From: a virus
Lineage: Duplodnaviria; Caudoviricetes
Direction: 5' to 3' (one strand)
DNA: 52,371 bases
Virus record (IMG/VR): IMGVR_UViG_3300033402_000479
Coordinates: 1 to 52,371 of that record
Shown: piece by piece, positions 17,758 through 25,887 of the stretch
How positions within the stretch are numbered: position 1 is the first letter of the stretch
How the letters are laid out: each line of letters begins with the position of its first letter
Program-made: the position numbers and the translations under genes
The notes under the pieces: model-generated
What the model was told of the DNA's origin: nothing
Databases searched by the model: none
What the model saw: the letters and a program-made list of their open reading frames with translations, nothing else

Positions 17758-19734
17758 CTATCTGCCGCGCGAGGTCGTTTCCGCAATTTTCTTCTTGAAA
17801 ACTCGCAGAGCATCCTCGCTGGCAGTTTTGACCTGCCTCACGAGCCGCTGACCGAGGAGGTAGCCCTCCAGTTCAGCTTTTGCTCCCGAGGTGCTCGACC
17901 TTGAGTTCAGGGCCGTCCCTTTGTCGCCGTCGGACTCGCCGTCCTTCGGTTCCTTGGGAGGTTCCTCCCCTCCGTCGCCTGAGGCGATTATCGCCTTCAG
18001 GGCCGCGGTTACGTCTTCGGTGTGGGTCGCGTGCGCTTCGTGGTAATCCTCGACGGTCTTGATGATGGCTTTTATCTTGTCGGCGTTGGCCGCCGAGATG
18101 GCGCGTCCCGCTTTGAGCGCGATGGCTTTCACAATGCGTTCGGAGAGCTGATCCAAAGAACCGCCCTCTTCGGCGAGACCAGACTTGACCGCCTCAGCGA
18201 CGAGCGACGCGAAGAACTTCGCCGCCTTCTCGTCGTCCTCGCCTTCTCCCGCACGGCCGGCTTCCGCCTTGCACATCTCCTCGTGCGCTTTCTCGTGGCG
18301 GTCGAGCTCGTCGCCCATCGACTTCGTAAACTCTTCGATGGCCTTCTTCTTTTCGTCGTCGGCATAGCCCGGCTCGGCTTTGAACTCCTCGATGGCCTTG
18401 TCGCACGCCTTGACGTGCTTCAGGTGCTCGTCGGTGACCTCGGCTTTGAACTCGTCGATGGACTTCTTTGCGGCTTTGCCTTCCTTGTTCGGCTCGCGGC
18501 CCATCGTCTCGTAGCTGTCGTCGATGGCCTTCATGCACTTTCCGAGATGGTCCTCCTGCTCGCCGTCCATGGCCTTCGTGTATTCCTCGATGGCCTTGTC
18601 CAGGACGCCTTCGGACTTCTCGCCCTTCAGGCACTTTTCGGCGAATCCGTCGATGTGCTTGCCGACCTCCTCGCCGTGCCGCTCGTGCTCCGCCTTAAGT
18701 TTTTTTTCTAGTTCGTTCATGGATTCGTTGGTTTGTGATTTGTCTCTTTCGGGGACGCATACCAGGTGGCCGGGATTCTTCGGGTCGTCCGCGAGCACTC
18801 CGGGGGTTCCGTCGTCCAGCTCGCATTTGTCCCCGACCTGCTCGGCCTTCTGCGATTTCTCCTCCCACGGCGGGGTCTTGCCGAACGCCTCGTAGTGCTT
18901 CTTCAGATGCGCCTTGACCGAAGCCACGTCTCCTTCGGGGATGTCAACGCCGCCGCGCGAACCGCTTAGCGCCGCGCCTGCCGCTGAGACGCCTTTCCAG
19001 ACGGCTTTGAGGCCGTCGGCCTGGTGGTGGGGGAGCTTGTAACTCGATTTCACGTCGGCGTTCTCGGAATCAAACCATGCGCAGATCGCCTTGAGCTTGT
19101 CGAGGTCATCTCCGCACGCTTTGACTTCCGCCGGGCCGTCCCACGCCGCGTCCTCGTCCGCCGTGCCGTGGTCCGCGTAGGGAACGGCGCCCTTCGTCTC
19201 GTAGAAGAACCCCTTGGTCACGAGCTCGCGCGTCGAGACGCCGAGCGCGCCCACCTGCCGGAGCGAGAGCGCGTAGCGTCCGGCCGGAACGGGACAGAAG
19301 CTGATTTCCAGGAGCTCGCGCGTCCCGTCGTCGTTCTGGATGTATCCGGGCGAGACCGCCTTCAGTATCTTCTCCTGATACAGGTCGCACGCCATGTCCG
19401 CGTCGGGGTTCATGCCCTTCGGCGCGAAATGCCCCGTGGCGACGGACTCGTTGCCCTGGATCTTGATGTCGTCGATGACGCCGATGGGAAAGCCGCCGTA
19501 GTCGTGCGCCCACAGGACCACGGGGTTCATGACGTAATACTTCAGGTCCCATTTGGACTGGTCGAGCGCGTCGCCCTGCCGGTCCTCGTCGCCGGTGCTG
19601 AAAACGACCTCGAAGGAGCGGTCGTCGCCGGATGCCTTGGTCTTCGATACGAAGTCCGCGACTTCCGGCGACGCCAATCTCGCCTTGAGTTCAAGCGCCA
19701 GCTTTTCCGAAAATTGTCTGAGGTTTTCGTTCAT
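17758..19734 (-). CDS. Prohead protease fused to a long scaffold-like region
   Basis: DRQGD, NPVVLWAH, PIG, AVSPG, LLEISFCPVPA; C-terminal acidic helical repeats. Confidence 0.85.
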   Translation of the reverse strand: MNENLRQFSEKLALELKARLASPEVADFVSKTKASGDDRSFEVVFSTGDEDRQGDALDQSKWDLKYYVMNPVVLWAHDYGGFPIGVIDDIKIQGNESVATGHFAPKGMNPDADMACDLYQEKILKAVSPGYIQNDDGTRELLEISFCPVPAGRYALSLRQVGALGVSTRELVTKGFFYETKGAVPYADHGTADEDAAWDGPAEVKACGDDLDKLKAICAWFDSENADVKSSYKLPHHQADGLKAVWKGVSAAGAALSGSRGGVDIPEGDVASVKAHLKKHYEAFGKTPPWEEKSQKAEQVGDKCELDDGTPGVLADDPKNPGHLVCVPERDKSQTNESMNELEKKLKAEHERHGEEVGKHIDGFAEKCLKGEKSEGVLDKAIEEYTKAMDGEQEDHLGKCMKAIDDSYETMGREPNKEGKAAKKSIDEFKAEVTDEHLKHVKACDKAIEEFKAEPGYADDEKKKAIEEFTKSMGDELDRHEKAHEEMCKAEAGRAGEGEDDEKAAKFFASLVAEAVKSGLAEEGGSLDQLSERIVKAIALKAGRAISAANADKIKAIIKTVEDYHEAHATHTEDVTAALKAIIASGDGGEEPPKEPKDGESDGDKGTALNSRSSTSGAKAELEGYLLGQRLVRQVKTASEDALRVFKKKIAETTSRGR

Positions 19735-19759
19735 TCCCGCGATGGGGAGTTATGTTTGC

Positions 19760-20335
19760 CTAGACGCCCGTGTGGAAGCACGTGTCCTTGAGCGTGCTCG
19801 ACACGCCCGTCGCCGTGCTGGTCTGCAAGAGCGTCACCGCGCTCGATGCGCCGTTCCAGAACGTGACCGTCGCGGAGACCGCGCAACCGCTCACCGCCGA
19901 GACGAACGAGTCCGCGCCGAACGGCGTCGATGTCGGTCCGCCGTTGTACGAGGCCTCGCACGCGTCGCCGACCGAGAATCCGCAAGCCGTGTACGAAACG
20001 ACCGTGCTGGTCGTCGATGTCGCCGCCGTGATGCCGCCGAGGGTGACCGTGGCCGCCGGATAGGTCGTGGTCGCCGTGTAGATCACCGTGACGTTGTTCG
20101 CCGCTGCCGTGCCGCCCGCGCCGACGCCGCCCGGTGAGAGCAAGGCGAGGCCGCCGACCGGCTGGACGTAGCCCGGCGCGCTGCCGACCGGGGAATCGAC
20201 GCCCGTCATGAGCTGGGTCGGAACATTGCCCATCGGGAAGTCGCCGCCGGTCTGCACGGGGACGAGCCGCAAAGCCAGCACGCCGAGGAACACCGCCACC
20301 AACACCACGCCACCAAGAATCAATTTGTCTTTCAT
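19760..20335 (-). CDS. Signal-anchored Thr/Ser-rich protein
   Basis: MKDKLILGGVVLVAVFLGVLAL hydrophobic N-terminus. Confidence 0.7.
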   Translation of the reverse strand: MKDKLILGGVVLVAVFLGVLALRLVPVQTGGDFPMGNVPTQLMTGVDSPVGSAPGYVQPVGGLALLSPGGVGAGGTAAANNVTVIYTATTTYPAATVTLGGITAATSTTSTVVSYTACGFSVGDACEASYNGGPTSTPFGADSFVSAVSGCAVSATVTFWNGASSAVTLLQTSTATGVSSTLKDTCFHTGV

Positions 20336-20418
20336 GGTTAATTTATGTTGTTACTTTATGCCATAACTATAGCCCGACCTTTGCAAATTGCCCATTGTGC
20401 ATAACTTGTGCGTAAGTC

Positions 20419-20763
20419 CTAATTGTTCTTCTGGGGCAGACCTGGCCGGACGACGACCGTGATGTCGGGAACCGAGATGAGACCGCCCGCCGAGGGCACG
20501 ATGTCGATCTGCGCGCGGAAGGTGCCTGGGTCCGGGAAATCCCCCTCCGCGACGAGATAGTGGCACGTTCCCGCGGGGGCGTCGTCGATGACCATGCTTC
20601 CCGAAAGCGCGAGGTCGGTCTGTGTCGGGTCGTTCGCGTCCTGCGCCTTGAACGTGAGCGAGGCGCCCGTGAGGTCCACGACGTCGCCCTGCCCGTCAAC
20701 GACGGCGAAATCGAGCTGGACGTTGTAGTTCCCCTGGACGATGGTGTACGGCTGTATGATCAT
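20419..20763 (-). CDS. BppU-N-like Ig-fold structural protein
   Basis: IVQG..VDLTGASL..GTCHY...GDF..GTFRAQ pattern. Confidence 0.6.
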   Translation of the reverse strand: MIIQPYTIVQGNYNVQLDFAVVDGQGDVVDLTGASLTFKAQDANDPTQTDLALSGSMVIDDAPAGTCHYLVAEGDFPDPGTFRAQIDIVPSAGGLISVPDITVVVRPGLPQKNN

Positions 20764-20936
20764 GCGATTGGCGTGTTCTGGTTTTGGTTCGTCATAGCGA
20801 CGACCGTCCTCAGGAACCTCGTGAACAGGGTCACCGTCCTCGTCCCGACGATGGCGAGGATGGCGATGACCGTTTGTCCGCCCTCCCGCCGGGACGAGCC
20901 GTAGGCGTTGGTTGCGTATCCCGAGAATCCGTACAT
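20760..20936 (-). CDS. 58-aa hypothetical protein (not in ORF track)
   Basis: MYGFSGYATNAYG...; stop overlaps the next ATG (ATGA). Confidence 0.55.
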   Translation of the reverse strand: MYGFSGYATNAYGSSRREGGQTVIAILAIVGTRTVTLFTRFLRTVVAMTNQNQNTPIA

Positions 20937-20940
20937 GGTC

Positions 20941-21018
20941 CTATGCGTTCTTGAGCAGGGCGGCGACGAACGCCCCGAGGCCGAGAAGCACGATTGCGAT
21001 GTGGATGACTGGTTCCAT
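20941..21018 (-). CDS. 25-aa hydrophobic peptide (not in ORF track)
   Basis: MEPVIHIAIVLLGLGAFVAALLKNA*; fills the gap between flanking genes. Confidence 0.45.
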   Translation of the reverse strand: MEPVIHIAIVLLGLGAFVAALLKNA

Positions 21019-21021
21019 GTG

Positions 21022-22704
21022 TTATTGACCCCAGCAGAAATAATCGAGTTTGTTGGAAATCATCGCGGTGTTCGACGCCGTGCTGATGGTGAGCGAACCC
21101 GTGGCCGGAGTGACCATGTAGTTCACGGAACTGGTGGATTCGCTCGACACGAAGCAACGGGGCTTGAACGTGAACGCCTTCCCGAACGTGATGGAGCAGG
21201 TCGAACTCGCATTGGAACCCGTGACCACCTGGCCGCGGCCGTTGCCTCCGGTGATGGTGGGGCTCGAACCGCAGGAACCCGAGGTCACGGTGTCGGCGTT
21301 CGTGCTCGTGGCGACGAGGTTGCCGTAGAACGAATCCACCCCAACCTCCGTCGTGGACTGGGATATGAGCTGGGTGGTCGACACGCCGCCGTTCGAGAGG
21401 AACGTGAGCGTTCCCGATGCGCTGATGGCCGCGCCGCTCACCTCGTAGGCGATGCCGTTCGTCGCCCACGGGGTGCTCGAAACGAGCGCTGCCGTCTGGC
21501 ACGTCGCACAGGTGAGGGTGAGCGTCCCGCCGTTCGAGATGGAACCTCCGCCTCCGAGCGGAGCGGTGGTGGCTATCGAGCTTGAGACGATGGGAACCGT
21601 CGTCGTGGCGGCGTAGGAAGTCCCGTTGTACCAGAGGAACGAGTTCGCGGCAGGGGCGCTTGACGTGTTCGTGCCGCCGTTCGCAATCGAAATCGGCAAC
21701 GAAGGAAGGACGGTCGTCGTTGCGGTTATCGACGTGCCGTTGTACCACAACAGGGAATTGGCCGCCGGCGCGGACGAGGTGTTGGTCCCCCCGTTGGCTA
21801 TGGTGAGCGGCGTCGAAAGTCCGAGCGAAATCGTGCCGCCGTTCGACAGAAGCCCTCCTCCCGTGAGCGGCGACGAGGCGAGAATCGTGATTGATGCGTT
21901 GTAGGTCGAAGTCGAGATGGGGACGGTCGTCGTCGAGGTGATGTAGCTTCCCGTGTACCACAAGAGCGAGTTCGTCGAGGGCGCCGTGGACGTATTCGTA
22001 CCTCCGTTGGCTATCGAAAGGGGGATGTTCACGAAGGCCGCCGTGCCAAGCGCCGTGGTGGTCGCGGTGCCGCCGTAGGTTGCCGCGAGCGGAGTCGAAA
22101 GCGTGAGCGCGAGGGTGCCGTTATTGGAAAGGGAACCGCCCCCCGAAAGCGGGGCCGCCGTTGAAATCGTCATCGAGGCGTTGTACGTCGAGGTCGTTAG
22201 GTAACTCTTGTCGTTCGTGAACTGCGATATGGCGGTCGTGGCCATCGAAAGCGTCGTCGTGGCTCCCGAGACCGTCGAAGTGAGACCCGTGCCGGGGACG
22301 ATGTAGAAGGTCGAGGTCTGCGCGCCGTTGATGGTCGTCGTGGCGGGGGCGGAGAGGATATAGCCCGGATTCGTCCAGCTTATCGTGAGCTTCGAGGGCG
22401 ACGTGCTCGTGGAGACGTTGATGCCCGTGCCGGACGTGGCCACCTGAAAGGACGTGTCCGCAAGCCCCGCGAGCGAGACGCTCTTGATGAAGGCCGAATC
22501 GTTGTTCCACTGGCTGATGCTCGTGGTGGCAAAGTTGTAGATCGTGAGGTTCGTCGAAGTCGTGAGGAGCGATGCCCCGGATGCGCTGACGGGGTTGCCG
22601 GACGCGTCCACGGAAATCGTCTGGGTCATCGCCGCGGAGGCGGGACGCGCGGCGAGAATCAACGCGACGGTTCCGACGATGCAGAGAAGTTGGAGTTTCT
22701 TCAT
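21022..22704 (-). CDS. Signal-peptide Thr/Ser-rich repeat (fibre/adhesin-like) protein
   Basis: MKKLQLLCIVGTVALILAARPASA signal; 3x IANGGTNTS..P..NSLLWY and 3x PL.GGG..SN.GT repeats. Confidence 0.75.
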   Translation of the reverse strand: MKKLQLLCIVGTVALILAARPASAAMTQTISVDASGNPVSASGASLLTTSTNLTIYNFATTSISQWNNDSAFIKSVSLAGLADTSFQVATSGTGINVSTSTSPSKLTISWTNPGYILSAPATTTINGAQTSTFYIVPGTGLTSTVSGATTTLSMATTAISQFTNDKSYLTTSTYNASMTISTAAPLSGGGSLSNNGTLALTLSTPLAATYGGTATTTALGTAAFVNIPLSIANGGTNTSTAPSTNSLLWYTGSYITSTTTVPISTSTYNASITILASSPLTGGGLLSNGGTISLGLSTPLTIANGGTNTSSAPAANSLLWYNGTSITATTTVLPSLPISIANGGTNTSSAPAANSFLWYNGTSYAATTTVPIVSSSIATTAPLGGGGSISNGGTLTLTCATCQTAALVSSTPWATNGIAYEVSGAAISASGTLTFLSNGGVSTTQLISQSTTEVGVDSFYGNLVATSTNADTVTSGSCGSSPTITGGNGRGQVVTGSNASSTCSITFGKAFTFKPRCFVSSESTSSVNYMVTPATGSLTISTASNTAMISNKLDYFCWGQ

Positions 22705-22720
22705 GGTTTTGGCGTTATGG

Positions 22721-25309
22721 TTATTGGCAGAAAGCGGGTTGCACGTTCGTCCATACCATCGCGGTGCTCGAAAGGTATCCCCAGTCGTAGACGACGGAGG
22801 TCGTGGCATGGTCGAACGTCTTGAAGCACTGGACGAACAGGGTGCTCTGCGGCCCTTCGATGTCGAGGGATGTCGCGGGGGTCGCGGTTCCGATGCCGAT
22901 CTGCGGTGAATAGACCGTAGTGCCGCCGGACACGACGTTGTAGGAGAACGTGATGAGGGCGGGCGCGTCGTAGTTCAGGGCCGCCGTGCTGGTCGAGAGG
23001 AGATTCGCCGCGAAGAAAGCCGAACCACCGCCGCCGCTGCCGCCCGTGTCGGTGCCGCCGCCGCCGCCGCCGCCGCCGTAGATTCCGGCACCGGCACCGC
23101 CTCCGGCCCAGTTGCCGCTTCCCGACGGCGAACATCCCATGCCTCCTGAAAACAGCAAACCTATGGTTCCCGTGCAATTGTTTCCCGAACCCGGACTGCC
23201 TCCCGTGGTTTGCGTGGCTCCAAGCCCATGTCCGGTGCCCGAACCGTCGGAGCCGGTAAGCCCTCCGCCGTTGCCGCCGTTGTTGCCCGGTCCGGAGCCG
23301 CCGCCGCCGCCTCCCGGAGCCACCATGACGAGCGTCGATTGCGAGAGTGAAGACGTGAGGGAGAGCCACGTCATGCCGCCGCCGCCTCCCGCACCTACGC
23401 CGCCTCCCGCACCCGAGCCGCCGGAACCGCCTCCGTTGCATCCTCCAAGGCCGCCGCCGCTCACGGTCGAAGTTGCGCCAGGACATCCCAGTTCAAAGTA
23501 GTACGTCGTCCCCGGCGATGAGGACGCGAGCGAGAGCGTCCCCGTGACCGAACCTCCGTATCCTCCCGGCGTGAGCTCGTAGAATGCTTCTCCTCCGTTC
23601 GCACCGGTCATATGGACCGTGACGGTCCCCGTCACGTTCGCGGGAAGCGTGAAGCTCAGCACGCTTCCGGTGGTGGTGAACGTGACCGACGACGCCGTGA
23701 CCGTCGAGGAACCGGAATAGGACGTGCCGATGATGACGCCGGTGTTCGCTATTCCCGCGAAGGTGTTGCTGCTGTTGTATTGGAGCTGGGTGCTGCTGCC
23801 GCCCGGACTTGTCGCGCCGCCGCCCGTCGTGGTGGTCGCAATCAGGTTTCCGTACGCATCGGTCCCGAGGGCCGTGCCTGTCAGGTTCGGGAACATGACG
23901 TTGCCGTTGAACGTCGAACTGCCATTCACAAAAAGATTGTTCGTGAGATTCCACGATGAAGATTGGTTCGTCGTGGTACCGACGACCAGATTTCCGAGGA
24001 CGTTCTCGTTCTGCTCGTTTCTGTATCTGTTCACGATGCGAAGGACCGCATCGTTCACGTAAGGAGCCACGATCTCCTGATACGAGGCGTCCGTGAGATG
24101 CGCCCCGTCGCCGCAGAACCACGTGCCGTTCGCATATGCGCCGTCGGCACCGAGGCGGTTGTCAGCCGCGAAGTCGGCAATCCCGTCGGCGAACGAGGGC
24201 CAATTCGCGCGGATGAGCGCGTCGAGCGCGTCGTGTTGCGGGTCGTATCCGTTCCGCGAAATCATCGTGCCGACGATGACCTTCCAGCCGAGCGAGCGGG
24301 CGTGGTTCGATATCTGCTCCATCTCCGAAAGGGTTCCCGAGGGCGTGACGCCCACGCCGATGTCGTTGGTGCCGGCCCAGAGGATGGCGATGTTCATGCC
24401 CGAGTTGTACGCCTGCAGAGGGAACCAGTTCGAATACGCCACCTGGCCTATCTGGATCAAATCCTCGCCGCCGATGCCGATGTTCGTGACGTTGAACGGG
24501 ATGCCGTTGTAGCTCGGAAGCGACAGGTAGTAGGTGTACTGGTGCGAAGAACACTGCAATCCCGCAGTGAGCGAATCGCCCACGGCGACGAACTGCGGCA
24601 CGGTCGAGCTGGTGCCGGTGTAGTAGTCCTGCATCTGGACCGTCCCCGCGGAATAGGAGATGCCCCGCGCGACGTTCGACCACTGGGTTGACCCTCCCGT
24701 GGACGTGACGTAGCCCGCGTCGTTTGTCCACTGGGAGATGTTCGGAGAGGAGAAGTTATTGACGGTAAGGCCCGTCGAGGTGGAAATCCATCCAAGGTTG
24801 TTCGTCCAAAGGGACAGGTTCGGGGATGCGAAGTTGTTCACCGTGAGGCCGGTGGAGGTGGAGATGTAGCCGGGCGTGTTGACGAAGTTGATGACGCCAT
24901 TCGCCGCCACGTTGATGTCCGTGCCCGAGACGTATCGGAGGAGGTTGAGGAATACGGACGCCGTCGTGGTCGTGATGGACGATTGCGACGACGTGCCGAC
25001 GATGGAGAACGTGAACGTGGGTCCCTGGACGCCGTTCACGGTCGTCGTGGTGCCCGAGCCGCCCGCCGTCGCCGAGATGGTGACGCTCCCCGAGGCGTCC
25101 GTGATGGTCACGTTCGAGCCCGGCGTCAGGAGGGCGGGCGTGTAGCTTCCCGCGCCGTTGCCGATCGGAATGGTGCCCGATGCGGGAATCTGGCTCGTGC
25201 CGAGGCCGCCCAGGGCCGCGGGATACGGACCGCTCGCCTTGGTCATGGCGTACTGCCCCGCGCACGCGAGGACGATGACGGCACTGATTGCGAAAAGGAA
25301 TTTGCGCAT
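22721..25309 (-). CDS. Signal-peptide protein with SGNH/GDSL hydrolase and Gly-rich domains
   Basis: MRKFLFAISAVIVLACAG; VGDSLT, NIGIGG, AGTND, DGAH catalytic blocks; poly-Gly C-terminal domain. Confidence 0.8.
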   Translation of the reverse strand: MRKFLFAISAVIVLACAGQYAMTKASGPYPAALGGLGTSQIPASGTIPIGNGAGSYTPALLTPGSNVTITDASGSVTISATAGGSGTTTTVNGVQGPTFTFSIVGTSSQSSITTTTASVFLNLLRYVSGTDINVAANGVINFVNTPGYISTSTGLTVNNFASPNLSLWTNNLGWISTSTGLTVNNFSSPNISQWTNDAGYVTSTGGSTQWSNVARGISYSAGTVQMQDYYTGTSSTVPQFVAVGDSLTAGLQCSSHQYTYYLSLPSYNGIPFNVTNIGIGGEDLIQIGQVAYSNWFPLQAYNSGMNIAILWAGTNDIGVGVTPSGTLSEMEQISNHARSLGWKVIVGTMISRNGYDPQHDALDALIRANWPSFADGIADFAADNRLGADGAYANGTWFCGDGAHLTDASYQEIVAPYVNDAVLRIVNRYRNEQNENVLGNLVVGTTTNQSSSWNLTNNLFVNGSSTFNGNVMFPNLTGTALGTDAYGNLIATTTTGGGATSPGGSSTQLQYNSSNTFAGIANTGVIIGTSYSGSSTVTASSVTFTTTGSVLSFTLPANVTGTVTVHMTGANGGEAFYELTPGGYGGSVTGTLSLASSSPGTTYYFELGCPGATSTVSGGGLGGCNGGGSGGSGAGGGVGAGGGGGMTWLSLTSSLSQSTLVMVAPGGGGGGSGPGNNGGNGGGLTGSDGSGTGHGLGATQTTGGSPGSGNNCTGTIGLLFSGGMGCSPSGSGNWAGGGAGAGIYGGGGGGGGTDTGGSGGGGSAFFAANLLSTSTAALNYDAPALITFSYNVVSGGTTVYSPQIGIGTATPATSLDIEGPQSTLFVQCFKTFDHATTSVVYDWGYLSSTAMVWTNVQPAFCQ

Positions 25310-25313
25310 GGGC

Positions 25314-25883
25314 TTATTGGTATCGTGCGGTGTGCGGCGCGCCCGCGAGCGACTTGTCGGGAGGGGTTGTGTAGGTAATCGTAACGCCGGAGAGCGTGTA
25401 GTCAATGCCTTGCTCCTGCGGCTGGCGGTCAATCTTCAAATCCATTGAATTGGAATCGAACGGCGTGATCGCACCGTTGAGCGTGAAGACCGTGTTCACG
25501 CCGTCTATCGTGCCGTTCACGGTCACGAGCCGCCACGGCTTCTGCAGGTTGCTCCCGATGTCCGTTATCATCTTCGCGGTTATCCCCAGCATGAGCTGGT
25601 AGGTCTTGCCGGGGATGTTCTTCGACGAAGCCGACGTGCCTTCCTGCGCGCGCGTGATGGGAACCGTGTTGCCGGAAATCTCGGCGCCATTGATGCGGAC
25701 GACTTCGGCGTTCTGGTCGTCAGACGGGTCGGGATAGTCGGTGCTATTCCACCACGTGGCGTTGTAGGAACCTGAAGTCGGGAGTTTGGAGACGCCCGAA
25801 GCCACCACGATGGACGTATCGCTTGCGCCATACCCTTGAGCAACGGTCACTTTTACGAAGTTTGCGACGGGGTCGAGCGTCAT
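25314..25883 (-). CDS. Hypothetical virion-associated protein
   Basis: ITRAQEGT and GTIDGVNTVFTL motifs seen in phage structural proteins. Confidence 0.6.
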   Translation of the reverse strand: MTLDPVANFVKVTVAQGYGASDTSIVVASGVSKLPTSGSYNATWWNSTDYPDPSDDQNAEVVRINGAEISGNTVPITRAQEGTSASSKNIPGKTYQLMLGITAKMITDIGSNLQKPWRLVTVNGTIDGVNTVFTLNGAITPFDSNSMDLKIDRQPQEQGIDYTLSGVTITYTTPPDKSLAGAPHTARYQ

Positions 25884-25887
25884 GGAT

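Noticed and set aside
21480-25060. CRISPR array or DGR template/variable repeat
   Set aside because: Repeats are in-frame protein repeats with synonymous variation; no spacers, cas genes or reverse transcriptase
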